A stretch of DNA of 50,418 nucleotides, from contig CAZDFF010000001.1 in the NCBI GenBank assembly GCA_964504425.1, positions 1 to 50,418 of the forward strand, given 5' to 3'. A program made the position numbers and the translations under genes. The DNA comes from an uncultured Hyphomicrobiales bacterium. Its GTDB lineage: Bacteria; Pseudomonadota; Alphaproteobacteria; Rhodospirillales; 2-12-FULL-67-15. Position 1 is the stretch's first letter, and every line of letters begins with the position of its first letter. Below, piece after piece: positions 27,327-35,972 of this stretch. Below the pieces are notes generated by a model, which saw only the letters and a list, made by a program, of their open reading frames with translations, was not told the DNA's origin and made no database searches.

Positions 27327-28814
27327 TCAGTCCGTGATCGTCTTGTAGGTCTGGCCCGGGACCAGGGCCTGCCCGGGCGAGAGCCCGTTCAAGACCTCGA
27401 ACCATTCGCGGTGGTAGCTTTCGAACGGCATCGACCGGGACAGGCTTTCGGCGGTGTCGCCTGCCTTGGCCTTGACCAGTTTGACGGTCAGCGGCCGCAC
27501 CTCGGCCGCCTGCTGCGGCGTCAGGCGCTGGAAACTGTAGGTCGTACGCTGCAAATCGGTCTGAAGCTTTTGCGTCAGGTTGGGCGGCGTCAGAAAGATC
27601 ATGCGGAAGATGCGATCCGGTCCACCGCGCAACGCCAGCAGCCGCACGTCCATGGTGCCGGCGCGGGTGCGAATCCGGGTCGTCCCGGTGGCCGATCCCA
27701 TGCCGTTGACGTCGATGCGCTCGACGTCCTGGATGCCGAGCTTGCCGCCCCAGTCGCGCGCGACGTAGGCGGCCATGTCGGAAACGGTGCGCGCCTTTTT
27801 CGGATCGACCATGTCGAAGACGATCATCGCCTGTTCGGGGCCGCGCGCGACCACCTGCTTCGGCGAATTGAACAGCGTGAAACCGGGCGGCACGGCGAAG
27901 CGGAAACCGAGCTCCGGATGCACGAATTCGCGGCCGCGTCGGATGCCCTGTTTCGGGTCGTCGCCGAACGCGATGCCGGCGATGTGAGAAAGATAGATGT
28001 CGCGATTGATGCGTGGATTTTCGACGCGGGCCGTATTCGCCAGCCGGATCGCCTGCTCGATGCGATCGGCCGTGCGGGGGTGGGTCGACATGATGGAATA
28101 CTTGTCGGCGGCTTCCGGGGTGCCGGCGATCTTCGCCTCGAGGCGGGAGTGCGCGTCGAGCTTCTTGAAGAACGACGTCATGGCATCGGGCGAGTAGCCG
28201 ACGCGTGCCAGGTAGCGCACGCCCAGCATGTCGGCTTCCAGTTCCTGTTCGCGCGAATAGCCTTGCAGGACCGCCTGGGCGCCGAACGCCGCCAGATCCC
28301 CGGCCGCCCCCGGCACGCCGGCGATCTGGCCGATAACGCCCAGGACCGTCATGCCGATGTTGGCGGCCATCGCCTGGCTGTAGCGCTGCGCCGAATGCCG
28401 GGCCGTGATATGGCCGATTTCGTGGGCCAGCACGCCGGCCATTTCGGCTTCGGTCTCGGCCACGGCAAGAAGGCCACGGGTGATGTAGACGTAACCGCCC
28501 GGCAAGGCGAAGGCGTTGACCTTCTGGTCGTTCAACACGGTGAAGGTGAATTTTAGGTCGGGCAATTCGGAATTGCGCGCGATCGTCGATCCGATTTGCG
28601 TCACGTATTCGGCCAGGCCCCGGTCCGCGTAGGCGCCGCCGAATTCCTTCAGGATCTTCGGGTGCTCCTGCGCGCCGACTTTGGCCTCTTCGCCCGGCGA
28701 CATGAACGCGGTGAAGCTCTGCTGGCCGGTCGCAGGGTTGGTCGAACAGCCCCCCAATGCCGACACGACGGCGAGCATGGAGACGATGGCGGCGGTGCGG
28801 AGAAAAGAGGACAT
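27327..28814 (-). CDS. M48 family zinc metalloprotease lipoprotein with a C-terminal LysM-like domain
   Basis: Uses the track frame 27327..29804, trimmed to MSSFLRTAAIVSMLAVVSALGGC (a lipobox). An alternative ATG lies 9 nt upstream at 28823. It has the HEIGH zinc motif (VLAHEIGHITARH). The C-terminal AGDTAESLSRSM...EWFEVLNGL...PGQTYKTI segment resembles LysM. Confidence 0.82.
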   Translation of the reverse strand: MSSFLRTAAIVSMLAVVSALGGCSTNPATGQQSFTAFMSPGEEAKVGAQEHPKILKEFGGAYADRGLAEYVTQIGSTIARNSELPDLKFTFTVLNDQKVNAFALPGGYVYITRGLLAVAETEAEMAGVLAHEIGHITARHSAQRYSQAMAANIGMTVLGVIGQIAGVPGAAGDLAAFGAQAVLQGYSREQELEADMLGVRYLARVGYSPDAMTSFFKKLDAHSRLEAKIAGTPEAADKYSIMSTHPRTADRIEQAIRLANTARVENPRINRDIYLSHIAGIAFGDDPKQGIRRGREFVHPELGFRFAVPPGFTLFNSPKQVVARGPEQAMIVFDMVDPKKARTVSDMAAYVARDWGGKLGIQDVERIDVNGMGSATGTTRIRTRAGTMDVRLLALRGGPDRIFRMIFLTPPNLTQKLQTDLQRTTYSFQRLTPQQAAEVRPLTVKLVKAKAGDTAESLSRSMPFESYHREWFEVLNGLSPGQALVPGQTYKTITD

Positions 28815-28864
28815 GATGAGCATTATAAGGATTGCAGACGGTCCTGGGCCAGGGGCGGGCGCTG

Positions 28865-29941
28865 TCAGAATCTCGCCGACAGGCTGATCGAATTGAACAC
28901 GTCGCCTTCGCGTTGGGCGTCGAACTCGCGGGTGCGCATCACCTGGGTCATCGCCAGCCGGATACCGCGCCAGACGACGGCGATGCCGTACTGCATGTCG
29001 CCGACCAGCGTCTTCTTGTCGACGCTGTGGCTGCCGGCCAGCGTATTGCCGTCGAGGAAGATGTTGCGCCCGACGGCGCGGCCCTCGACGCCGGCGAACA
29101 CGTACCAGCCGAAGCCGTCGCCCTTGTCGACGGCTTCGAGTCCGCTCAAGGACGGCTGGATATGCGGCGGGCCCCAGTCGAGATTGAGCGCCTGGCCGAT
29201 CCGCACAAGCCCACCCGCGTTGGCGTGGGTATAGACGTTGCCGAGCGCGAAGCCGATGTGCGGAATGGCGTCGGCCTCGATGGGGCCCATGCGCAACGGC
29301 GGGGTGCGCAATTTTCGCTCGCCGATGATGGCGATGCCGGGTTCGTTGGAAAGCTGATGGTCCCAGCCTTCGGGGCGGGTGGTCTCGATGGTCCGATGCA
29401 CGAACTTCTGCGTCGGCTCCGCCAAGGACGCGGGTCCGACCACGCCGATCTCGACCGCGACGGTGTCGAGCACGCCGAATTCGCGGCCCAGCATGCTTCG
29501 GGTGGTTTCGACGTGCAGCGACGGCGAGACATAAAGCCAACCCGCGTAGGGGCGGTCGTTCGTGACGACATCGCGACGCGTGATGTCTTCGGGCGAGTAC
29601 ATGTTCTGGCCGAGCGCGAAGCCCCAGCGACCTTCGGCTTTCAGCGCGAACGGATAGATCGTGCGCAACGCCGCCTGGATCGGCCCGGGATTCTTGCCCT
29701 GGGCGTTCGAGACGTACCCCAGCCGTATGCCGTTGGTGTAATGGCGGTCGGTATTGGAAAGGCGGTCGTTTTCGACCACCAGAGTCCAGGTGCCGTCCCG
29801 CCACCAGGGCTCCTTGTTTTCGTCCGTCTTCGGCGCGGCCTCGGCCGCCTGCGGCGCGGCTCCCTCGCCCGGCGACCCGGCAAGCGCCGTCGTCGCCGGC
29901 AGCAGCGTCAGGACGGACAGAGCGACAATCAGGCGGCGCAT
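28865..29941 (-). CDS. Lipid A deacylase LpxR family (DUF2219) outer-membrane protein
   Basis: Uses the track frame 28865..30616, trimmed to MRRLIVALSVLTLLPATTALAG (a signal peptide). It has the DUF2219-like ENDRLSNTDRHYTNGIRLGY segment and an aromatic C-terminal residue (..SLSARF) as in beta-barrel OMPs. Confidence 0.7.
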   Translation of the reverse strand: MRRLIVALSVLTLLPATTALAGSPGEGAAPQAAEAAPKTDENKEPWWRDGTWTLVVENDRLSNTDRHYTNGIRLGYVSNAQGKNPGPIQAALRTIYPFALKAEGRWGFALGQNMYSPEDITRRDVVTNDRPYAGWLYVSPSLHVETTRSMLGREFGVLDTVAVEIGVVGPASLAEPTQKFVHRTIETTRPEGWDHQLSNEPGIAIIGERKLRTPPLRMGPIEADAIPHIGFALGNVYTHANAGGLVRIGQALNLDWGPPHIQPSLSGLEAVDKGDGFGWYVFAGVEGRAVGRNIFLDGNTLAGSHSVDKKTLVGDMQYGIAVVWRGIRLAMTQVMRTREFDAQREGDVFNSISLSARF

Positions 29942-30039
29942 GGTCGTGGCCTCGGGCGGCGCGGGTTCGGGGAATATCAATACCGTATATTGGTTAACAG
30001 GGAATTGGGGCCGCAAAAAGGCGCCGAAGCGATAAAAAT

Positions 30040-30870
30040 TCAGTGTCTTCCGAGGATTTCCAACGGCTCCGGGTGGGAAAGCTCGATCATCGGGCCGTTT
30101 TCCCGTTTCAACCAGCCGCGCACGCGCACGGTCGCGCCTTTCAGGGACAACGGGTCCAGGCCGGCGGCACGGAAGGTTTTCGCCGCCTGGGGCCCGATCG
30201 CGGCGGTGAAGTCCGTGCGCCAGTCCTCGCCGAAATTCAGATAGACGCGACCCTTGACCCGGGCGGCGTCGAGAATGCGCCCCTCGATCACCTGAAAGGT
30301 GCCGATGTCCTTGTTCGTTTCGTTTGGGGTGCGGACTCGATAAAAAGAGTGACCCCAAATCCCGATCCGGGCGGCGCGGGCGGCCTTTTCCTCGGCGTAC
30401 ATCAGCTCGGCGACGGCACGGTTGTCGGGAAACGTATAGACCCGGGCCATGCCGTCGCGCAGCAGGGCGCCCTGAACCCACACGCCGCTGCCATCGATCA
30501 GGTGCGCGAGAATCCGCCCGTGCCGGTCCTTGCGCGATTCGCCGTAGTAAAGCGTCAGGGTCTTGTTCAGGGCGAGGGCTTCCAGCGCCGTTTTCGCCTG
30601 CGGCGCCAGCGGCCACGTCGGGAAATTCTTGCGGCCCAACGGAAGTTTCGGCGCCTGAACCCCGACGAGGCGAATTTCCCGCGCGCCGTCGAGCGGCACG
30701 GCAAGTTCGACCGTGTCGCCGTCGACGACGGCGGCGACCGAGACGGTCTCGCCCTTGGTCAGCCGTGCGCGCGGGTCGGCCGCGAACGCGGCGGCCGCCA
30801 GCAGGATCAGGGCGAATCCGATCGCCGCGACCCGTCCGTAACGATAGGTAAGGGGCATCCGTGCGGTCAT
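30040..30870 (-). CDS. Thermonuclease (staphylococcal nuclease-like, SNase) family protein, exported
   Basis: 276 aa with an N-terminal anchor or signal (VAAIGFALILLAAAAFAA). It has SNase-like VVDGDTVEL...IRLVGVQAPK...RKDRHGRILAHL and AARAARIGIWG segments. Confidence 0.78.
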   Translation of the reverse strand: MTARMPLTYRYGRVAAIGFALILLAAAAFAADPRARLTKGETVSVAAVVDGDTVELAVPLDGAREIRLVGVQAPKLPLGRKNFPTWPLAPQAKTALEALALNKTLTLYYGESRKDRHGRILAHLIDGSGVWVQGALLRDGMARVYTFPDNRAVAELMYAEEKAARAARIGIWGHSFYRVRTPNETNKDIGTFQVIEGRILDAARVKGRVYLNFGEDWRTDFTAAIGPQAAKTFRAAGLDPLSLKGATVRVRGWLKRENGPMIELSHPEPLEILGRH

Positions 30871-30891
30871 TCGGATCGGATCATAACGATG

Positions 30892-31743
30892 TCATGGGAA
30901 TCCCGCGAGGGCGCGAACCTCGGCCGACGTCTTGCCGGCCTCGCGCAACGCCCGCAACGTCGCCGCCTTGTCGCGCTTGGCGAGACGTTTGCCCGACTCG
31001 TCGGCGATCAATCCGTGATGCCGGTATTCGGGAACTGGTAAAATCAACAGTGCCTGCAACAGCCGATGCACGTGGGTGGCGTCGAACAAGTCCTCGCCGC
31101 GCGTAACAAGCGTCACCCCTTGCAGCGCGTCATCGACGGTGACCGCCAGATGATAGCTGGCCGGGGTTTCCTTGCGGGCCAGCACGACGTCGCCGAACAT
31201 TTCCGGCCGTGCGTCGATTCTGCCCCTGGCGAGATCGTGCCACGTCAGCTGTCCCGTTTTGCGGATGGCGCGCGCCATGTCGAGCCGCCAGGCGTAGGGT
31301 ATGCCCTGTTCGATCCGGGCATGGCGCTCGTCCATCGTTAAGCCGCGGCAGGTGCCGGGATAAAGCGGCCCGTCCGGGCCCAGAGTCGGGGAACCGTGCG
31401 GCGCCGCGCCGGCGCGTTCGATCTCGGCCTGGATTTTCCGCCGGGTGCAGAAGCAGGGATAGAGCAGTTCCTGGGCGCGCAATCGATCGAGCGCGGCGGC
31501 GTAATCCGCCATGTGCTCGGACTGGCGGCGCACCGGCCGTTCCCAATCGAGCCCGAGCCAGGCGAGGTCTTCCAGGATTGCGGCCTCGAATTCGGGGCGG
31601 CATCGCGTGCCGTCGATGTCCTCGATGCGCAGGATGAAGCGCCCGCCCGGACCGGCCGCCGCAGCGGCGAACAGGGCCGCGTGGGCGTGACCCAGATGCA
31701 GCAGGCCGGTCGGGCTGGGGGCGAAGCGGGTAACGGCGGTCAT
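30892..31743 (-). CDS. gluQ: tRNA glutamyl-Q(34) synthetase GluQRS
   Basis: 283 aa, a truncated GluRS-like catalytic domain only: RFAPSPTGLLHLGHAHAAL (HIGH motif), RIEDID, YPCFCTR. Confidence 0.88.
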   Translation of the reverse strand: MTAVTRFAPSPTGLLHLGHAHAALFAAAAAGPGGRFILRIEDIDGTRCRPEFEAAILEDLAWLGLDWERPVRRQSEHMADYAAALDRLRAQELLYPCFCTRRKIQAEIERAGAAPHGSPTLGPDGPLYPGTCRGLTMDERHARIEQGIPYAWRLDMARAIRKTGQLTWHDLARGRIDARPEMFGDVVLARKETPASYHLAVTVDDALQGVTLVTRGEDLFDATHVHRLLQALLILPVPEYRHHGLIADESGKRLAKRDKAATLRALREAGKTSAEVRALAGFP

Positions 31744-31834
31744 CCGCTATCCATGGCAGGCCGGCGGCGGCGTGACAACCGCCCAGCGGTCGGTTATGCC
31801 TCTGGCACGGAACAGAAAAGGGACCGATACCGCC

Positions 31835-32518
31835 ATGGCCGCGACCTCCACGCTCGACGGACCCAACTTGCCGCCCGCGTCGGGCAGCAAGCCGAAGCAA
31901 CTGGTGCTGCTGCTGCACGGCGTCGGCGCCGACGGCAACGACTTGATCGGCCTCGCGCCGTTCTTCCAGCAGGTGTTGCCGGACGCCCTTTTCGTCTCGC
32001 CCAACGCGCCGCAGCGGTTCGACATGGCACCCTGGGGCTATCAGTGGTTTTCGATCCGCAACGATTCCGACCCGACCCAGTTCATATCCGACGCCGGCAA
32101 GTTGAAAGGCGCGCTGGCGGCGCTACCAGTCCTGAATGCCTTCATCGACGAGCAGCTCGCCACGCACGGTTTGACGGATGCCGACCTGGCGCTGATCGGG
32201 TTTTCCCAGGGCACCATGATGTCGTTGCAGGCGGGCCTGCGCCGCGACAAGGCCATTGCCGGGATCGTCGGCTATTCGGGCGTGCTGCTGGGCGGCGATC
32301 TTCTCGAAAAGGAGATCAAATCGCGCCCGCCGGTGCTGCTGGTGCACGGCGACGCCGACGCGGTGCTGCCGGTGTCGTCGTTGCCGGCGGCCGTGGCGGC
32401 CCTGAACAAGCTCGGCGTCCCGGTCGAGGCCCACATCCACCCGGGCCTCGCCCACGGTATCGACGAAACCGGCATCCGCCGCGGGCAAGCGTTCCTGGCG
32501 AAGATCTTCGGCGCTTAG
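31835..32518 (+). CDS. Alpha/beta hydrolase, phospholipase/carboxylesterase family
   Basis: Uses the track frame 31772..32518. I prefer the start at the ATG at 31835 (MAATSTLDGPNLPPASGSKPKQLVLLLHGVGADGNDL), with AAGGGA upstream. The nucleophile elbow is GFSQG, with VLLVHGDAD and a C-terminal GLAHGI. Confidence 0.8.
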   Translation: MAATSTLDGPNLPPASGSKPKQLVLLLHGVGADGNDLIGLAPFFQQVLPDALFVSPNAPQRFDMAPWGYQWFSIRNDSDPTQFISDAGKLKGALAALPVLNAFIDEQLATHGLTDADLALIGFSQGTMMSLQAGLRRDKAIAGIVGYSGVLLGGDLLEKEIKSRPPVLLVHGDADAVLPVSSLPAAVAALNKLGVPVEAHIHPGLAHGIDETGIRRGQAFLAKIFGA

Positions 32519-32527
32519 ACTCGGTGT

Positions 32528-33049
32528 CTAGACGGCCGCCGTACCGCGGATCGGATAGTTCTTTTCCTGGATCAATTTCACGCCGCGCAGGATGGCGTCC
32601 AAGTCCGGCCGCGCGAACGGCGCGTTGGAAATATCGACAATTTGCACGTTGCCCTGCGGGTTGACGACGAACAAGCCGGGTTCGGCGAACGGGCGGTCGG
32701 TCTCGGCTTCCGAGCGCGGGTTCGACACATAAAGGCCGAGCGTCTTCATCTGCGCCGGCGGTAGGCCGTAGGCGACGGGCAGGGTAATGCCCATTTCCTT
32801 CTTGTCGATCTCGGCTTTTTCCAGGGGATCGCCGGACAGTGCGATCACGTCGGCGTTCGCCGCCTTGAAGTCGGGAACCAGGGTTTCGAGCTTGGCGAGG
32901 TATTTCTTGCACAGCGGGCAATGCTTGCCCCGATAAACCACCACCACCTGCCAACGGTCCCTGGCGCCGCCGACATGGGCGGAACCCCCGCCGACCAGCG
33001 GCAGGTCGAATTCCGGCATCGGCGCGCCAGCCTGGATCTTGGCGTTCAT
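32528..33049 (-). CDS. Peroxiredoxin-like / AhpC-TSA (redoxin) family protein
   Basis: 173 aa with a thioredoxin-fold layout. The CPLC motif is in VVYRGKHCPLCKKYL. Confidence 0.75.
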   Translation of the reverse strand: MNAKIQAGAPMPEFDLPLVGGGSAHVGGARDRWQVVVVYRGKHCPLCKKYLAKLETLVPDFKAANADVIALSGDPLEKAEIDKKEMGITLPVAYGLPPAQMKTLGLYVSNPRSEAETDRPFAEPGLFVVNPQGNVQIVDISNAPFARPDLDAILRGVKLIQEKNYPIRGTAAV

Positions 33050-33191
33050 GGTGTCGTCCTCCGTATCTTTTTATTCGGGGTCCCTTCTTAGCGGACGGCC
33101 TGCCCGTGCGCCGCCGTTTTCCCGTCCGATGACGGAATCGTGAAATTTTACCCGCAGGGCGGTGGTTTTATCGGGGCGCCGCCGCAGGCAT

Positions 33192-33219
33192 TTGGCAAGC
33201 AACCACCACATGTTGTAAT
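33192..33219 (+). promoter_or_regulatory. Candidate sigma-70-type promoter upstream of the HNH gene
   Basis: TTGGCA (33192-33197), a 16-nt spacer, then TGTAAT (33214-33219), about 70 nt upstream of the GTG start. Confidence 0.35.
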
Positions 33220-33291
33220 CTCCCGCCCGGCGGCCCCTGGGATTTTGCCGAAGGCATTGAAAGGGGCCCGTAAGACAGGAAGGAGAAGAGA

Positions 33292-33855
33292 GTGACGGTC
33301 TCGGCCGAAAACTTTCCGGCTCTGGTCCTCAACGCCGATTTTCGGCCGCTGAGTTATTTTCCGCTGTCGCTATGGTGCTGGCAGGACAGCGTGAAGGCCG
33401 TCTTTCTCGAACGAGTCAACGTCGTTTCCGAATACGAACGCGCCGTTCGCTCGCCCCGGTGGGAGATCAAGCTGCCTTCGGTGATCGCGCTCAAGGAATA
33501 CATCCCGATGGCGCGCCGCCCGGCGTTCACCCGGTTCAACGTGTTTCTGCGCGACCGCTTTTCCTGTCAGTATTGTAACGGCCCATTCCCGACCGAGATG
33601 CTGACGTTCGACCACGTGGTGCCGCGTTCCCGGGGCGGCTGCACCGAATGGGGAAACGTGGTGACCGCGTGCGAGCCCTGCAATCTTCGCAAGGGCTATC
33701 GTCTGCCGGCCGAGGCGGGCATGCGCCTTCGCCATGCGCCGCACCAGCCGTCGAATTTCGAATTGCAGGAAAACGGCCGGGCCTTCCCGCCCAACTACCT
33801 GCACGAAAGCTGGCGCGATTTCCTCTACTGGGATTCGGTGCTCGACCCGGCTTGA
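33292..33855 (+). CDS. HNH endonuclease family protein
   Basis: 187 aa with a GTG start preceded by AGGAAGGAGAAG. The HNH/zinc motif reads CQYCNG...FDHVVPRSRGG...WGNVVTACEPCNLRKG. Confidence 0.8.
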   Translation: MTVSAENFPALVLNADFRPLSYFPLSLWCWQDSVKAVFLERVNVVSEYERAVRSPRWEIKLPSVIALKEYIPMARRPAFTRFNVFLRDRFSCQYCNGPFPTEMLTFDHVVPRSRGGCTEWGNVVTACEPCNLRKGYRLPAEAGMRLRHAPHQPSNFELQENGRAFPPNYLHESWRDFLYWDSVLDPA

Positions 33856-33903
33856 AGCCCGGAAAAGACGCCTATATTCTTGTTTTGTTCTCGGCCTCGG
33901 CGT

Positions 33904-33931
33904 TTGACACGGCGGGCGCAGTCCCTATACT
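33904..33931 (+). promoter_or_regulatory. Strong sigma-70-type promoter for rpsD
   Basis: TTGACA (33904-33909), a 16-nt spacer, then TATACT (33926-33931). This predicts a leader of about 100 nt before the rpsD ATG at 34037. Confidence 0.55.
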
Positions 33932-34036
33932 CCCGCGCCTTATTTCCGAGAACGCGGGCAGGCCCGAAATGCGGTCGGCCCCGCCCCGAAATACCGGGGC
34001 CTATCGGGACAACAACAACCGAGAACGAGAGAACCC

Positions 34037-34654
34037 ATGACCAAACGTCTGGAATCGAAATACAAAATCAACCGCCGCTTGGGCGTCAATCTTTGGGGCC
34101 GCCCGAAAAGCCCGGTGACGATGCGCGAATACGGCCCCGGCCAGCACGGCCAGCGGCGCAATCGCAAGCCCTCCGACTTCGGCCTTCAGCTGATGGCCAA
34201 ACAAAAACTCAAGGGCTACTACGGCAACATCAGCGAACGCCAGTTCCAACGCTACTACCAGGAAGCGTCGCGCCGGCGCGGCGACACCTCGGAGAACCTG
34301 ATCGGTCTCCTGGAGCGGCGCCTGGATGCCGTTGTCTATCGCATGAAATTCGTGCCGACCGTGTTCGCCGCCCGTCAGTTCGTCAACCATGGGCATGTGC
34401 GGGTCAACGGCAAGCGCGTCAACATCGCTTCCTATCTGGTGAAGGACGGCGACGTGATCTCGGTGCGCTACAAATCGCGCGAGCTGGCCATCGTGCTGCT
34501 GGGCGCCGAGTCGCCGGAACGCGACGTGCCCGACTACATTCAGTTCGATCACAAGAAGATGAGCGGAACCTTCGTCCGCGCGCCGAAGCTGGCCGACGTG
34601 CCCTACCCGGTGCCGATGGAACCGAACCTGGTGGTCGAATTCTATTCGCGCTGA
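34037..34654 (+). CDS. rpsD: 30S ribosomal protein S4
   Basis: 205 aa. [26 protein letters not shown]... has the canonical S4 N-terminus, and an S4 RNA-binding domain follows ([36 protein letters not shown]). Confidence 0.95.
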   Translation: MTKRLESKYKINRRLGVNLWGRPKSPVTMREYGPGQHGQRRNRKPSDFGLQLMAKQKLKGYYGNISERQFQRYYQEASRRRGDTSENLIGLLERRLDAVVYRMKFVPTVFAARQFVNHGHVRVNGKRVNIASYLVKDGDVISVRYKSRELAIVLLGAESPERDVPDYIQFDHKKMSGTFVRAPKLADVPYPVPMEPNLVVEFYSR

Positions 34655-34678
34655 TTTCCGAAAGAATTTCACAACGAC

Positions 34679-34712
34679 AAACGGCGCCTCGCGAGAGGCG
34701 CCGTTTCCGTTT
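34679..34712. terminator. Bidirectional Rho-independent terminator between rpsD (+) and the coiled-coil gene (-)
   Basis: A perfect 12-bp stem, AAACGGCGCCTC (34679-34690) pairing with GAGGCGCCGTTT (34695-34706), with loop GCGA and a T-rich flank (CCGTTT). Confidence 0.85.
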
Positions 34713-34732
34713 GGATGGCGAGCTCGGCCGGT

Positions 34733-35311
34733 TCAGCCGACGATGTCGACGATGGATCCGCGCGGCGTCGCGCGCGAAAGGTCGTTGCCCTGGATCGTCG
34801 CCCCTCTGTCGATCAGGTCGCGGAAGCGGGTATCCTCAAGGCGCTGTTCCGATAGCCGCTGGTCGATTTCCTGGCGGGCGATGCGCTGGCGTTCTTCCGT
34901 GCGGCGCTCGGCTTGGCGGGCTTCGACCTCGCGAAGCTGTTGGGCCACCCGTTGCTCGTCGGCGAGCCGACGGGCGTCCTGGACCTGCGCGTCGGCTTCG
35001 GCGCGCTGAATTTGGCGGCGGTTTTCGAGCGCGACGTCGTCGCGCCGGCGGGTTTCGTCGGCAAGCACCCGGTCGACCTGTTCGCGGTCGTCGGCGCGAC
35101 GCTGGGCGAATTGGCGATCGGCGCGCTCGGCGGCGAGGCCTTGGTTGGCCTCGCGCTCGATCAGAGCGCGTTGGGTTTCGCTGCGTGTGCCCTGGGCCTC
35201 GCGCAGTTGATCGGCGAGCCGCCGTTCCTGGCGGGCCGCTTCGCTGGGGACGATCGAACTGGCGACCGCCAAGTTTGCCGCGATGTCGCCCATGGGCGCT
35301 TTCCCGGACAT
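34733..35311 (-). CDS. Hypothetical Arg/Glu/Gln/Ala-rich coiled-coil protein
   Basis: 192 aa. The codon third positions are strongly G/C in this frame. The sequence is almost entirely charged helix (…RQERRLADQLREAQ…RRLADEQRVAQQLREVEARQAERRTEERQRIARQEIDQRL…). I recognise no family. Three overlapping track ORFs here are Arg/Pro/Gly-rich artefacts. Confidence 0.55.
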   Translation of the reverse strand: MSGKAPMGDIAANLAVASSIVPSEAARQERRLADQLREAQGTRSETQRALIEREANQGLAAERADRQFAQRRADDREQVDRVLADETRRRDDVALENRRQIQRAEADAQVQDARRLADEQRVAQQLREVEARQAERRTEERQRIARQEIDQRLSEQRLEDTRFRDLIDRGATIQGNDLSRATPRGSIVDIVG

Positions 35312-35464
35312 GCCTAAGCAATTGTTAACATTCTATTGTGCCACGAACCGAACTTTAGGCCAAGGCGGGGGAATCCAATGATTTCCAAGCCTTGCGGCCG
35401 ATCCGCCTTGCGGGGGGCCGGCGCCGAGCTAGAATGCGCCGAGGACGAAAGGGGGGCGGGTCCG

Positions 35465-35968
35465 ATGGCCGAACGTCCAACGACGCCCATGTCGATCCTC
35501 ATCACGGCGTTGGCCTACATGATCGAGGCCGACATGAAGACCGTGGTCGAGGAAAAGGCAAAGCTTGTCACGCTGTTTCGAAAGCACGTCAGCCGGGGTC
35601 ACATGACCGACGGCGACTTGCAGCGCGAGATCGATTCGGCGTTCGAGTACATCCGTCGCGCCGGGGTCGACAAGTTCCTGCTCGAGACCACGCCGTCGCT
35701 GACAATGGCGCAGCGGATCGCGGTGGTGATGAACCTCTACGACACGATCCTGGTCGACGGCCTCGTCGCCGAGGGCGAGGTGTCGATGATGCGGAAATTC
35801 CGCACCGCCTATGGGATCAGCGATTCCGCGTTGGCGGTGATGCGCGAACTGGTGATGTTCAAGAACGACACCAATCTGTTCATCAATCCCAACCATCCGC
35901 GCAATACGACCGACTTCGACATCGATCTTTCGATGGGACGCTGGCTGCGCGGGGAAAAGTCGCCTTGA
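35465..35968 (+). CDS. TerB-like (tellurite-resistance TerB fold) protein
   Basis: Uses the track frame 35336..35968, trimmed to the ATG at 35465 (MAERPTTPMSILITALAYMIEADM...), preceded by AAAGGGGGG. It has two TerB-like helices (ALAYMIEADMKTVVEEKAKL and VVMNLYDTILVDGLVAEGEVSMMRKFRTAYGIS). Confidence 0.55.
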   Translation: MAERPTTPMSILITALAYMIEADMKTVVEEKAKLVTLFRKHVSRGHMTDGDLQREIDSAFEYIRRAGVDKFLLETTPSLTMAQRIAVVMNLYDTILVDGLVAEGEVSMMRKFRTAYGISDSALAVMRELVMFKNDTNLFINPNHPRNTTDFDIDLSMGRWLRGEKSP

Positions 35969-35972
35969 CCGT

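Noticed and set aside
28815-29804. N-terminal 330-residue extension of the 825-aa ORF 27327..29804
   Set aside because: The extension is Arg/Pro/Gly-rich and overlaps the LpxR-like gene out of frame. The M48 protein has a perfect lipoprotein signal starting at 28814 (or 28823).
33292-33855. HNH endonuclease as a sign of a mobile element or homing endonuclease
   Set aside because: There are no flanking repeats, integrase, intron or intein context. There is also no compositional shift. It looks like a stand-alone conserved chromosomal gene with its own promoter.
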